DNA of 64,000 nucleotides, taken from a virus. The stretch covers positions 4,680 to 68,679 of the IMG/VR virus record IMGVR_UViG_3300020190_000049; one strand, given 5' to 3'. Below the pieces are notes generated by a model, which worked only from the letters and a program-made list of their open reading frames with translations, ran no database searches and was not told where the DNA came from. Shown here piece after piece: positions 19,998 to 34,687 of the stretch (positions are counted from its first letter, which is position 1; each line of letters begins with the position of its first letter). The translations under genes were made by a program, and so were the position numbers.

Positions 19998-20666
19998 TTA
20001 TACCTCGATAAAACTAGTTAAACTTTGTATACGTATAGTATAATCTACCTGAAGTAATCGGTTTAAGGATTTTTGGACAGGATGAAAAATCACATGCGTT
20101 AATAATTTACCGTCCCCGTTAGGATTATAACTTTTTAAACCCAGTTCATCAAAAACAAAATTACCATTCATGTCGACACTGTTATCGAATGCTTGTTGAC
20201 CATCCGGTTCGCCGTAATCTAGAACACAACTTACTATAATGTCACTGTAAGTGGCTCCGCTAACATGTCGTATTTCCATCTTATTCCTCACAGAATCTGT
20301 GTTGTTAGCAGAATTTTGATCAACAACTTTGTTATAAGTTTGATTATACAAACTAGTGTTGATTCCCACCGTATTTGTAGTCAAATAAGTAATCAATCCG
20401 GTAGGATCAACGGTAGTTCCTCCGTTACCAAACACCATTTCATATATACTGCCCTGTCCTTGATTTGACAATGCATTAACCATAGCGACACTCATATTTT
20501 CATAGTGGATAGCATTGCGTTTATCTATAAAAATTTCCTCAGTTTCTGGATCAAAAATTTTAATGTGCCCTTCAAAATGGAACCCTCCCACTTCGTTGGG
20601 TTTTTTTTCACAAGTATCGTATTCTTGTAGTTCGTCTGACATAGTTGACTCTGGGTGATTATTCAT
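19998..20666 (-). CDS. putative baseplate structural protein
   Basis: 222 aa; FDELGL...LLTHVIFHPVQK...YTIRI beta pattern; lies between the wedge and fibre genes. Confidence 0.6.
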   Translation of the reverse strand: MNNHPESTMSDELQEYDTCEKKPNEVGGFHFEGHIKIFDPETEEIFIDKRNAIHYENMSVAMVNALSNQGQGSIYEMVFGNGGTTVDPTGLITYLTTNTVGINTSLYNQTYNKVVDQNSANNTDSVRNKMEIRHVSGATYSDIIVSCVLDYGEPDGQQAFDNSVDMNGNFVFDELGLKSYNPNGDGKLLTHVIFHPVQKSLNRLLQVDYTIRIQSLTSFIEV

Positions 20667-20671
20667 AGTTG

Positions 20672-20678
20672 TATTTAT
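20672..20678 (-). promoter_or_regulatory. putative late promoter (ATAAATA)
   Basis: Motif overlaps the stop of the upstream gene, ahead of 19998-20666. Confidence 0.5.
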
Positions 20679-23600
20679 TCGGGCGATTCTGTGCTTCCTG
20701 CAGCGATGAATTTTGCTATAGGTGTATTGTTAGACAACAGCGAAACTCCGGTCGTGGCCGTAGTTTGACCTCTATCATACCACAATCTACCGATTTTCCT
20801 TATAATTTTGATCTTAGTTCCTGCGGGTACCGCTTCGGTTAGTCTTATGAACGGAGTGAGCCCATCTACACTGAATTCTGCTTCTAACAATCCATCGCCG
20901 TCTGGACTGTTGGGTGCTATATCGGAATCATACATGTTTAAAGGATTTTTTCTAAGTCGTTTTCCTCCGACGAAAATTTCGATCTGATCACAGGGCCCAT
21001 GGGTTTGCGGAATCGTATCTCTATACCAAACTGTTCGTGCGCCTTGTGCTGGAACATAATTCAAAGGTCCTATATTTTTAGTGCTACCATCGCTGAAGAA
21101 ATCTTCTATCTCTTCGGTGTCTTTATAGGGTATAGTTTCGTTGGATCCAAGGTCAATAACGTAGCTACCATCATGATGTAATTCTTTGATCGCTGTTCCT
21201 AAACTGCCCCTACGGAGTTGTGATAGCGTATTTCCAGTTTTTTCAAAATATTCAATGCGTTCATTATTGATAGATAATACACCTGGAATATTTTTTGATA
21301 GGATAGGGTCCGATAAACCAGAGGCATCAGTGACTTCTATAGTAGTATCGTAATAATTTAAATTTTTAGTTAATGTCACAGTTTTTTTCTTTTCGTATCT
21401 TTTGTAGATAACGTTATTGAGCATATCTTTAAAGACCTCAAAAGCACGAGGTGGTTGCCATATTATGTTACCAAACTGAACTATTTTAATTAGATCAGTC
21501 GCTGTCGTAGGATCGGTTAGATAAACAACTGCTCTAGGCAATTCGAGATAATAATCTCTGTCTTTGGTCAATCGTTGTCCGTTCTTATAGACCCAGATAT
21601 AATTAGAATTTAACGGAGATCTAGGCAATTTATAATTCACTTTACCACCGCTGAACTCATCGCTGATAAGATCTAGAGTCGGATACTCACTAAACCAGGT
21701 AATAGTTATGTCATCATTGATCGCCAATGGTACAGTTGGATCTATTACGATATTATTGTTTTCTAGTCTATATTTTACGGCAAGATCATTTATCACCGAT
21801 ACAACATCGCCTATGTCTAAAATATTTTCATCGACAGTCAACGTATTTGTGTTACCATCGAACACATAGTCTATGACAAATCTCTTTAATTGTCCGTTAA
21901 CATAAACTTTGATGAATCCCGAAGTGATCGATCCTAAACTTTCTAGAGGATCTGTTCCTAGAATTAAAGAGTTATTTGTGCCGTCGTATACAAAATAATT
22001 GCTATCTACGCCTCGAAGATACTGTCCATTTACCTCGACTATGATAGATGCTAGTGCTGAATTCCTTCCGAGATCTACGAATTTATCGAGATCGAAATTT
22101 CTAGTGCTACCATCATAGGTCACTGTCTGTTGATTAACACGTATAAAAGGAACTCCAGTGGAATCTGTTTCTGTAGAACTTCCGAAACAGATAATCTTAA
22201 TCACCTGTCTAAATGCGGGCGGAATTCCAAATTGTATCAAGGTTCTATTTTCTGTGTCTATCAACTCTGAACTATTCGCAAAACCCGTGTCTATAACCTG
22301 GCCATCCACAGTAACTAATACTCGAAAAGTTTGATCATAGACCGCTTTTGTTAAAAACAGGGTGGTATTACCGTCAGCGATTTTCTGTGTCTGTCAACTC
22401 TGAACTATTCGCAAAACCCGTGTCTATAACCTGGCCATCCACAGTAACTAATACTCGAAAAGTTTGATCATAGACCGCTTTTGTTAAAAACAGGGTGGTA
22501 TTACCGTCAGCGACAAACTCTTGGTAATCTAATAAAGTGATACCGCCGATACCTACTGAAATTATTTCTATTATAGATCCCACAGCAGGAGCCGTGTTAA
22601 ACTCTATTCTGTTGTTTACAAAATCTATAGAATAATTTATCGTGCTGTCGCCGATATATTCTTGGCGCACTTTGTCTATGTAAACCATGACTCCGGAAGA
22701 TTCAAATATCGTCAACCCTATGTCAAAAAATCTAGTGATCCCATCTCCTATTATGATTTTATTCTGTAAAGGTGCTGCTCCTGGACTGGTAGTCGTAAAA
22801 ACTTTTAAACTTAGACTATCAAGTACTTGTCCGGGAATATTTTCTTCAGGGGCCGGTACCTGATCAGGACTGATAAATTTTTCACCATCTACTATTATTT
22901 CTTCGGCAGATGTACCGGTAGCGGTCACGTAGGCTCCACCGATATTAGACAATGATCCACCGCTGATTCTGGTATCTAAGAGATTTACATCAGATATAGT
23001 GACCGAACCGTCACTGTCTAATGTACGGAAAATTAAAGTATCACCCGTTTGTGTACTAAGATAATCATGAATTTCGACAAAATTAGTCGATCCGTCTCCG
23101 ATAAAAGTAGGCATCTGCGCATTAGGATTAGTTGAAACTGCACTATCCCAGGCAGGAGTCCAGGCGGGATCATCTATTCTCGTTGGTCTGGTTTCGCCCG
23201 ATCTTTTTAAGTAGACAGAAATCAACTGTCCGGCGCTGGGGGTATAGGGTAATACAACAAAAGTGGTGCTGCCGTCTGCGACATAATAAAAATCGGCTGA
23301 AGATTCTACACTATCCCAGTTATCTATAAACCAAGGTAACGCATCCCAACCGCCAGTGACATCAAACGTAGTTCCTTGGATTCGGACTCCACCGTAATCA
23401 ATACCAGTCATTAATTGATTTAATTCTTTACCTATCATACCGCTAGACGGAGAGTAATATCTGTCAATTCGATCTATGCTATTAAACAATTCTTGATTTA
23501 TTTCATAGTCGATTTTTATAACATCACCGGTTTTAGGGGCGATTAGAAATCTTATTTTTCCCCTAAGCAAATCGAAGGTATCCACCGATGATCTATAAAG

Positions 23601-26600
23601 GTCAATGACATATTCGCTACTTAATATCAATTGATCATTTTTTGTTATCGTAATAGATCGTTTCTCGATATTAGGGGCAAAGGCTAAATTAAAAATTGCA
23701 CTAAACCCTGTAGCGACAAATATCTGTGTTTTATTATAATCGGAATAATTCCCAATTTTATCGATTCTATCAAATTTTAGGGTAAGATTTAGTGTTCTAA
23801 CCACAGAATTTCCTAGGATGGCCACGGCCTTCGCCTTGTTTGGAGAACTGCCATTACCACCTACTAAAGTTATGACGGGAGTCTTTGTATATCCCCGACC
23901 TTCAGTCAGCATACGAATTGCTCTAACTGACCCGTTAGAGATATAAGCCTGTGCCGTGGCACCTGTGCCGTCGCCTGTTATCAACACCGTGGGTACATTT
24001 ATATAATCGCTGCCGCCATCTGATATTTCTATTGACGTTATAGAAAATCCATTATTATCCGTCCATGCTTTCCAAGGATATTCGTTGAATATATCGTTGT
24101 TCTCGTCTACCGGTAAGATCTTACCTGCTACTGTAGAGTATGCTGCAGGCAAATCGAAGTCTGACGTTGCCAGGCCAGAATTTTGTTTTTCGGTGTATCG
24201 ACTGGTATACTCTCGAATAGTTGTCTTATATGGCTTGATCTCTTCGATGTATTTTTTGTAACTGTCTAGATTATCATTCTTGTAAGTGGGTCGCTGATCT
24301 AGATCGCCTACATTGTGGATCGCATTCAAGAAACTGGTTTTAAACAGCCAATCGGCAGAGGTCTGCTCTGACAATGCGTATCTTATAGAGTTAAAAAACA
24401 ACTTATTCCATTCGACTCTCAAGTCATCGACAAAAATATCATTCTTAACAGCCTGTAATATTATCCTAAGTTCTAATATAGGCTGTAGATCATATAATCC
24501 GGCATCGTAGGCTCCAGTCGTATCGTAACCTAGCCTACCACTTACTGAATCATACAGCAAAGAACTGATCTGTAATGTTCCGTTCTTCCGTCCAATTAAA
24601 TTATAATCTCCTAATAGATCGCCTTGCCCTTCGGCGGTCTTTTCAAGCACAGCCCAGCCACCGCTGGAATATTCTTTGATTCTCAGTAGTTGACCAATCT
24701 CTAATTCTACTGTAGGTTCTAGATAGATGTTGTCTATCTCTTTTATTATTTTACTTTGCGAATCGTATCCTGTGGCCCACCAATCTACATATTCCCAATA
24801 TCTGGTAACATCGTACGCTTGAGATTTGCTTCTAAAGAATGTTTTTCTAACATCATCCCATCCATAGATGCTCCAAAAATTATTTAAAGAGACGTCCGAT
24901 GTCACTAGCACAGAAAACTCACGTATCTTTACAAAAGCAGATGTGTATTTTTTTCCTCTATTGACGACCGTTATAGAATTTATCTTTCCTTGATTATCAA
25001 TAGTCACTGTCGCTTTAGCACCTTTGCCTGTTCCTTCTATTTTTATAAAGGGAGTAGTTCGATAACCGAATCCGGGATCTACGATATCTATCGTATCAAC
25101 TTCACCGTTGATGATATTAACTTTAAATTCTGCTTTTTTGATTCTCACAGTTCCTATCTGCTCTAAATCGATCAGTGTATCTACTTTTATATCATACTCA
25201 TTTAGATTGCCGTCAGGTAAAGGATCGAGGCTTTGTAATCTTCCAAGATTGATTAGGTCGATAAAAGGTCGTTGTAATAAAATATTATTGATATAGTCGA
25301 TCGCACCTTCTAAGGCTCTAGATTTATCCACAAAAATACTCTGCCTGGGTCTAAATTTCAATCCGTATCTTTGTTTTTCAGGAAGAGAAATATCAGGAAT
25401 CGCATTGCCAACTTCGTCATATCCTACTAAACTGTCTATCCATTTTGTTTCTAAGGCATGAGTCGGAAGGCTATCAGCGACCCCTTCTGTGAGCAACTGA
25501 TATTCTTTATGGCTTTGATTTATTCTGCCTTGATCGTTAAAATACTCGATGTTAAACAATACCGAATCTGAATTCATCAGCGAAGTGAGATTAGATGCTG
25601 AAAATTTATTTCCATCTATCACTGCCACAAAAGGAAATCCTGTACCGATCGGGTTGCTGATAAAATTAGTTACTGAACTGATAGCGACTTTTCTTTCAGG
25701 TCTATCTGGGATCGTAGTTTTTCCTTTAACCCAATAATAATATTTGGTACCCGATTGTTGTCCTGTGTTAGGATTAAATAATGTCCTAGTATTAAAAACA
25801 GAATCGTCTGGATGTTTAGGTTGTCCCGAAATTCCTTCTGCCAGTCCTTCTACAGTGTCGGCCAGCAAAGACCATTCCGATGGCAGCAACACTGATTCTA
25901 CCCATTCATATACATCTACCGATGATCCTTCGGCCTGGGCGTTCCAATTTCCCACACGATAAGCGAGATCTCCCTGTTCATAATTGATAAATTTGACAGT
26001 GCTTAAATCCCACCAAACTAATCCTACATTTTTTTCGAACCATGCGGTCGATTCATCTATCACTTGTTCAGGGGTGGCTAACATGTACACGGCAGGATCA
26101 TAAGGAGTCTTATACTTGATCTCTTGATCTGCGACTCCTAAAATTTTCATCTTATATCCGTCAACAATGTCGATATCTCCTAATTTAATATTATTGACAT
26201 TGTTATAAAGTTCGATATTTTTAATCCTTCCGATATCCACTAATTTTGTCTCTTGAGATATAGTTTTCAAACTATTGACATCTGCAGGTTTCTTGAATAA
26301 TCTCACATTTCCTTTTATCAGATCATCGACCGTATATCTAGGACTTCCAACAACTATGACATTTCCCACGCAGTCGAGCGATTCACCGAAACTTTCGTTA
26401 GGAACGAAATCTGTATCTAGTTTTTCTACAAGAAAATACCCTTCAGATTTTCTTTCAAACACATAAGCCTGCCCCGGAAATCCTTGCGAATCTTTGAAAA
26501 TAGTTTTGTTTTTATCGAACGTTGTTCCTTCGATAAATCTCGTAACTAAATCGAACGACGAATTTTTAGCGCCTACTACGATTCGTTCAGTAGTAGGACT

Positions 26601-29600
26601 AATAGATACTGCAGATCCAAAATATTCGTTGGTTCGATATTCGAAACTGGTTAATTTCTGAACTAGATATTCGAAACTGGTTAATTTCTGAACTAGTCTA
26701 AACTCGACATCATCTATGCTATTTGTGTTGAATATATAGACTGCTCCCTGTGTCTGCCTAAACACATCGGCTCTAGGACTGCTGACTATTAAAATCCTAC
26801 CAGAGGCATCTAAATCTAAAGCGAATCCGAATTCATCGCCGCTCATTATTTCGATATCCGCGGTGGAATCATTATAATTGTTAATATTCTGTTCGGTGAT
26901 AGTTTGAACTAGATTATATCTATTGTTGGCATCTCTCTTATAGATATAGAGTTTGCCGGCGGTTTGATAAGTGCTATCTCCCACATTTATCCAAGGATCA
27001 CCTTGGTCGGGAGGCTGATTAAGGCTTTCATCGTTGGCCGAATCTATGGTTAAGAATTTATGATAACCGCCTTGATACTTGACAACATCATTAGGTTTAT
27101 ATTCGTTATAGGGCTTCCAAACTCCTTTGTAATTGGCAAAATATTGTCCATCTGATGTCGGCGTACTCACGACTAAAATACTACCGTCTCGGTTCATGGC
27201 GGTGGCTTGACCAAACCTATCCCCTTGTTTCACCAACTCCGCCATCTGATCGGGATTCAATAATCCCTCTATAAGAGTCGATCCGTCATCGTCTATAGAT
27301 ATATTTGTTGGAAGACTAAATTGCGTAGAAACCGCATCCAGACGCTGCCAGTCGTTGGATTCGATCGATAGTGTGCTACCGTCACCAAAATTATCATATA
27401 GCGCCTGATAAAAATTGTTTTCCCACCAGACTATGCTTCCGGTAGGATACGGCACACCTATTGTAGGATCATACAATCCTAGATAATTGGTATTTTCAAA
27501 ATATTGCCATTTAACTCCGTCGTAGTAATAGAGATACACCCTGCCTTTATTATCCAAGGATCCGGGAGCAGAAATGCTCATGTGATATTTGTTACCGCTG
27601 ACTCCGATGCTGATAGAACTACCGAATAATTCATATGCTGATTGTCGAGGGCTGACGAGATTTACGCTAGGTTCCCATTGTTGATTAGTATACCTATACA
27701 ATGTAACCATACCCTGTTCAAAATATCCATCATTTCTACCGATCGAGTTTGCTTCTATCAGCGTGGCGGGTTCCCAATCTTCCGAATTAAAGTCGATGGA
27801 ACTACCATCTCCTACTCTGATATTAACCTTGGCTTTCCATAACTTTCCTTTCCATAATACTATCTCGCCGGCGAGATAGGCTCTAAAAGATACTAGGTCT
27901 TCCCTATAGGTACTTTTAACTCCGCTGGCCCTAGGACTTCCGACAGCCAACAATTTATAATCCGGGCTTATTGCTAGGACTTCGCCGAAGACTGATTCAG
28001 CGGCAGTTTCAAATCCATCAGGTATCGGTATGATCTGTTTCACAGCGATGTTAGTAAATCCGGCGGTTACCTTATCTGTGTAAATCATTACGAAATTAGA
28101 TTCGGACACGCTTACCGCTATCTGTTTGAGAGAATCGATATAGATCACTGACTTGCCTAGGCCTCTAGGATCGGTGATACCGTATTCTAATAAAGTATAA
28201 TCTGTATACTGTTTTGTTTTCTCAACGACTTCCCATCTATCTTCACCGTTATTGTCGATCCAGAGTTTAGATCCGTTCTTTAATAAAGCGATTTCTCCTT
28301 TGTTCATCGATTCATATGACGGATATCTCACGACACTGAACAATCCTAATGCCGCCGAAGAACTATCTACGATTTCCACTGGATCGGTACTGGTAGGAGT
28401 AACTATAAAAGTATTATTAGTAACTTCTAATAATTTAAAAAATCCCGTGAGATTTTGTATCTGTATGCCTACGATATCGCCGACCGCCAAACGATGGGGT
28501 CTGTTGGTAAAACATCTTATGTTTTGACCTTCTTTGATAACTCCCGATACCGATAAGAAAGGATCTTCATTGTATCGGAGAATCGTCCAAGAATTTTTAT
28601 CGAAGGTAATCCAGATATTTGAGTTATCCCTAACTACAGATATATCAAGATTGAGAATATCATCCTTGTTTCGTAAAATTAAATCAACATTGTCTAGTTT
28701 CACATATCCGGCATTCCTACTAGGTCCTGTATAATAGTCAACCGGGTTTATATTTGTATCGAAAGGTATCGGTGATATAGTAAATTTAGATCTATAGATT
28801 CTTAGATATTGATCTTCGATTACTTCTCGTTCGACTCCCGAATCTACAATTATCGGCTGTGGGTTGACTACAAACTGTCCCTTATCTAACTCGAATTCAT
28901 ATTCAGTGGTTTGATCTAGTCCGCCGATATCGCCTAATTTAAATGCCCATTCTTCTTTGAGAACCACGCTGTCATCATCGGTTCTGCTTATTTTATCAAA
29001 TACCTTTACTATTGCATTGGCTGTGCCTTTTTCTTTGATGAAACCTTGATATAATTTAAACTGTGACACTTCATCTTCTGCTAGATTCTGTAGATACTCT
29101 CTCGGTTGATATCCGATAGCATGCCTTGATAGATCTCTCTGGCTAGATCCTACTCCCGACGAATCTGCTTCGTAATAATCTTCAAACTGTGTTATTCTAT
29201 AATCAAAATTAGCGACTAACCCCTTGGTCGGAGTAGAATCTAATTTTATCCAGTAAGCATCATTAAATTCGGCTGTGGCCAATTGATTACGCTTGCTAGT
29301 CCAAAAATAGGATTTATAAGCCACGATATCACCGAGTTTATAATCAGTAAATGGCTGCCAAGTCTGTATATCTACCGCATCGAAAATAAATCCAGGACTG
29401 GTATAATCACCATCCCAATCGACTGTCCTGAATCCTCTGCTCTTAATCCTTTCCTGTCGATAGCCCGTAGGCTTATCATAGATAACATCATTAAACACGG
29501 TCCTATCAGAAAAAATCGTGACATGTTCTTTTAGCACGAGATTAAATTTAACAAAATAAATTCCATCATTGGTATCTACAGTCGATAATTCTACAGATCT

Positions 29601-32600
29601 AAATCCTCGATTAATATCGAGATTTCTAGGAGCGAGCGGAGTACCATCATTCCTTAATATCTGATAATCATAAAAACTGTCTAAAAAATTATCCGGAACT
29701 CCCAACGATAAATTTGCCTGAATTTTTTTGGCGGCTGGACTCAAGGATAGCAGCGATCCGATACTCCAATTATGCTTTGACCAAAACATAAATTCTTTAC
29801 AACTGGTAAGCCAATCCTCTGCCTCTTTCAATTCAGAATTATAAGAATCAAACTTAAAACCTAGGAATTTTAAATATTCTTGATATCCTAATAAAAAATC
29901 AACGACACCCTGTACATCTGTAAAAATCCTATTATATGGCAATTCTCGTATTTTAATTGTATTAAAAGATCTTCTATTAAATGCTGTAATAGAATTTTTG
30001 ATCGGAAGAGAAGGCAATTGTTTCCAATTATTATTTTCAAAAGTATCTGTGCTAGAATGGCTCTTTAAAGATCTATAAAATCTAGTCTGATATCTACAGA
30101 TCACTCCATTTCCATAAAATTGATTAGCCGTCCATTCGATAAAATCTTCGCTGACTCCACCTATAGTAATGAGCGGATCACTCTGTGAGGGAACTGCTTC
30201 GAAATATTTAAAAATAGGATTTACATTATCATAACCCGATAATTTCCAACCCCTGTCTGTTTTTTCTATCAATACACCACTGTAAGTCAATGTAAGAAAA
30301 GAACTTCCTACGTTAAAAATTATGTCATAATTTTCACTGGGAACAAAAACTGAACTAGATGAAGAACTAGGATTTTTACTGTCTAGAATATATTTCTGTT
30401 GTCCTGGATCTACAAACCCAGAATTTCTGGTTGACAATCTTATATCCAGATTAGATATCTTTTTTTCTAACTTAGAAGAATCTAGCGTTTTGTTCTTGAG
30501 GTAATCGATGATATAAAGATACAATCCCGAAACATTTCTTGATGTCTGATCTAAAATTAGATCAGAAACTGTAAAAAATTCTTCGGTAGTTCTGCACACA
30601 GTCTGACCTAGTTTATTTTCAACGACCTCGGACTTATTCAAATTGTCTGTGATAAATTCGAAAGGCTTTAATAAACACAATGCTTTGATCACTGCGAACG
30701 GCCATTCTGAACTCTGTCTCCAGGCATACTCTACCGGACCTCTATCTCCAAATACAAATAATCCTTGATTATTAATTAGACTAAAATTATTAGCCAGGCC
30801 GGAATTTAACGGGTCTAGCAATTTTCCATCGCCGTCCGTTGGAATATGAGACATTAAACTGGAACGTTTATACCTATCATAGATTCCTTGACGACTACCT
30901 CTACGTATGATACCGTCTCGGAGATCTTCCCATAATATTAAGTTATTACTGGTATACGGTGCCGGACCATACTGCGTTTCCCACCAATCGGGTTTTTCTG
31001 AAAATCCCAACATTTCCCAAGGGCAGTCGTGCGGTCTCGTGGTATCATAGAACCACTCGTATACTCCTCTCCAATATCCCGGTAGATTCTTAGTACCGGT
31101 AGGATCGGTCATATTAGAATATGTATAAGTAAATGGATTTTCGGTATCTAGATAAACATTGTTTACATAATCTATATTTGTATCTGCTATCCAATTTAAA
31201 AATTCTGTTTGTACGATACTATCGAGATCCATTTTAGAAAAAAGAGAATTTCCATAATAGCCTCCGAGAACGGCATCGATATCGAAGATATTTTCATCGT
31301 ACTGCTGTTTTATATTATTATAGATACGTAATTCTAATTCTAATAAAACATCATCTCTATAATCACCGTACGATACCGTGATACTACCATCGTGTCCTTG
31401 TATCACATGTCTAGGTTGTTGATAAGTGTCATCTAAAAATTTTCTAGGTAGATATTTTTTATATAAACCTAACTTTGTCGGGGTTGGCGGGATAAAGTTT
31501 ATAGAAGTAGAAACATATTCTCTAATTTCTATTTCATCTCCTTCATTTAGATCTAAATTCAACCTCATAAAACCAAAAATAGAATCAAAAGTATAATCTT
31601 TTCCATATATTAATTGTTCCGCGTTTATATAAACATAAACGGCTCTTGAACTAAGAGTTTCTAGATCAAATTTTTCAGATAATGCAAATGTTTTGATTCC
31701 TTCATCTTCAACGATATACTTTAAAGACGTAAACGCACCGCTGCCTATCATATCGCTGCCTGCAAAGGGGCTCGAACTTGTTAAATTATTTCCTATCTCA
31801 GTTAGGATCGAATCAACAAAATCTCTAGGTTCTTGATTTAAATACAATTCGTCTGCTAATTTAATAAAATTATTTTTAAAATCGGTATACGATTTTTTAG
31901 CAAACTGTAAAGATTTTATTATATTAATTTCTTTGTCACACAAAAGAACGGTAGAAATTGCCGATGGAGCAGAATGTTTTAAAAACCGTCTGGCCAACTG
32001 TTGGAATCCAGATGCGTCTCTTAGATTACTGGATCCCGGAAAATTACCCACTATGTCATCTCTTAATTCTACGGCTGTTGCTAGATGGTCTGTGGCCTGT
32101 CCTAGAGTAAAATTTTCTATTTTTTGATTTAAAGGATTTTTTTCTAGGCTCAAAGGAATCTCATAATAGCCGGTATCTGGAGGAATATTCGTATAGATTT
32201 TAATCGTAACTATATCGCCAATGTCAAATTCTCGATCAAAGATAAATCTATTTTCGATCCGTGTATAAGTGTCATTTGATTTTATGCCATTAAGTAAAAA
32301 GACAATTTTACTGATATTTTCATCATCGGCCGATCTCCAATCTATCGCTGTGGAAACGATCGTATCGGTTCTGTTGGCTATCGTGATACTGTCAATAATA
32401 GGCTGTACATAAGACTTGTCTAAAACTATCCATGCATTAGAATATTTTTCTCTCTCGTATCGATAAAATCCTGTAGATATTTTTTTTGTTAATATTTCTC
32501 TACCTATCTTGTATTCAAAAAAATCAGAATCTAAATTAAAATTAAACCGTATATCTCCCACATTATCAATATTAAGATAACTTATAGAAAATCCTAATTC

Positions 32601-34523
32601 TGTATCGATTCTGCCGTTTCCTTGTCTGTAACTTAGAATAGGGGTCCCATTAAAAGTATTGACAGGATAAGTTTCCTGATCCCCAAAACTGATTTCATGT
32701 TTATCAAACAAGTCAAAAAGAGGAGCCTGATTAGCCGAAGATTTTAATTGGCTCTTAGTCCACCCTGTTCCCGTGTAATGATACATTACTCCCCGATTGT
32801 TCTTTCCTCTCTTAACTAATACACATTCATTTATTACGGAGTCGGCATCGGGTTCTTTGACTAATGTTATCTGTTTTCTATTTCGATGCGTTATGAACTT
32901 AACTCGATAAATCTGATTGTTAACTAAAATATCGGTATCTGCCGTTATGAGAATCCTCGCTCCTTCAAAAAGAAATTCTCCATCGACGATATATCCTGTA
33001 CTGCCTTCTAAATTACTAAAAACGTCTGTGGTAAAATCGTCTATATAATCCACAGATTGTTTTGCTATCTCGCCATGATTGAAAAGTTTTATATCTGGCT
33101 GGAATTCAATTATAGGACGTTTCGCTCTCGATCGTTCGTCTGCGACAAAATCGCTGTTATTCGATCTATGCGCATAATCTAAAACAGATCTATGGAACCA
33201 TCTATTGTATCGACTCCAACTGTTACTATCTCTGCTGGATCGATTGATAGTTAGATAATCTTTCTGACCGGGATATAAACTGGCGTCATCGAATGGTTCT
33301 GTGTCAAATCCACCGTCATCAAAAAGCACTTCAGGAACATCTGCAGTATCTATAGGAGAAATAGGCAAGTCATCGAGACTGATTAATCTTATAGATGTTC
33401 CAACTCCTTCTACTACAAATTTTCCGCTTGTTCCAGATTTCGCGTATTCTTTAGGAATAACCTGACCTTGAAATCTCACTACTAATCCATTAGTAAATTC
33501 TATGCCGTTACTACTTGTATAAGTCTGTTTACCAATTATTTCTTTTTCGACATCTATTTTGGTATTAGAATCTATGTCGGCGATGATAAATTTTCCAAAA
33601 TAATTTGGATCTATCGCACTCTGATAATAAAGCACATCAGGGGCATCTAATGGAATTTCAAAAGTCAATACGCCCGTTTCTTTTCCTGCACCAGCGACTC
33701 CGTCGTTATAATCAAAGGACGATGTGTCATAGTAAACATCTACCAATTCCCAATCCTGGCTATTCTCATCTATAGAACTACCGTCAGTCACAGAAATATT
33801 TGTTCTAGCCTTCCATATTTTTCCATCAAACACTACTACTTGCCCGGCGGAATAAGGTAATGCAGGATTATAAAATAACACACCGACGTCTATATTTGTC
33901 CTAATAAAGATAGGTTGGCCGGGAATGTTTAGATTAAATTTATAAGACTGTCCTCTATAAAGAACTAGGTCGGGATTATTTGTCTGCCCATCGGGCGTGA
34001 AAATATAGGAGTTGACTCCTAGGCCTATCCTATATGTGCTGACAACGCTCTGACTCTGTCCTGTTACTGTTACATCTGGCGGAAATTCTGGTATCCAGTA
34101 ATACTCTCTGTAATTGACAAACTTGTCCCAATCAATAGGAGGATTCCAAGTATAATGTTCGTGATCGGTAATCTTATTATCGTTTTCGTTAAAATTGTTA
34201 AAGAATCTTAATTGATTTTTAAAATCTAAATAGTCATAAAAATTTTCGATATTTTGATCTTCGGTGATGACGATTCCAGGTTCTAATTGATATCTGCTGC
34301 GCAGAGTCTGATCTGTATCGAGATAAACATCCGTGGAGTTATACGTCTTACCGTAGCGCCTACCGATATATCCTACTGTCTTATCTAATGTGCCTGGCTG
34401 TATTAACGGGTCGATCACCGCGCCCATAAATTTAGAATTAGAGTCCGATTGGAATATGATCGGCAACAAATCTACTGTCCTACGTATAGGCAGGCCGCTT
34501 TCTGGGAATGTATTATAAGCCAT
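20675..34523 (-). CDS. giant baseplate wedge-type structural protein (~4,570 aa, gp7-like position); split by a 133-bp tandem duplication
   Basis: The 4049 aa and 544 aa ORFs overlap in the peptide DGQVIDTGFANSSEL(I/T)DTENR. Contains FG-GAP-like propeller motifs (FGSSISI, FGFALDL), Trp/Tyr carbohydrate-binding-like repeats (YSAGQVVVFDGKIWKA) and GxGYT..P repeats. Lies directly after the gp6-like gene. Confidence 0.75.
22248..22513. repeat. 133-bp tandem duplication (one mismatch)
   Basis: 22248-22380 vs 22381-22513; they differ only at 22260 (a) / 22393 (g). Confidence 0.95.
26636..26695. repeat. exact 30-bp in-frame tandem duplication (LVQKLTSFEY x2)
   Basis: 26636-26665 is identical to 26666-26695. 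Confidence 0.95.
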
Positions 34524-34526
34524 AAA

Positions 34527-34658
34527 TTAACTTGTACTGGTCACTATAGAATTAGCACTAATTCTCAATTCTGCTGCTGTAATAGATGTTATGATTTCTA
34601 TATCATCTACCGATTTTCTTATAGGCAACTTGCTGAAAGGAAAAAATTTATCTAACAT
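34527..34658 (-). CDS. 43 aa chimeric mini-ORF (diverged start of the giant wedge gene fused to an alternative gp6-like C-terminus)
   Basis: MLDKFFPFSKLPIRKSVD resembles MAYNTFPESGLPIRRTVD. The remainder, DIEIITSITAAELRISANSIVTSTS*, copies the gp6-like gene end. Confidence 0.55.
   Translation of the reverse strand: MLDKFFPFSKLPIRKSVDDIEIITSITAAELRISANSIVTSTS
34533..34612. repeat. 80-bp direct repeat, copy A
   Basis: Matches 34979-35058 with 2 mismatches; offset 446 bp. Confidence 0.95.
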
Positions 34659-34687
34659 ATTAATAGATCTTATATGAATGCTTATAA

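Noticed and set aside
13264-22513. Programmed frameshifts or introns splitting the fibre and giant wedge genes
   Set aside because: Both breaks are fully explained by tandem duplications of 76 and 133 bp
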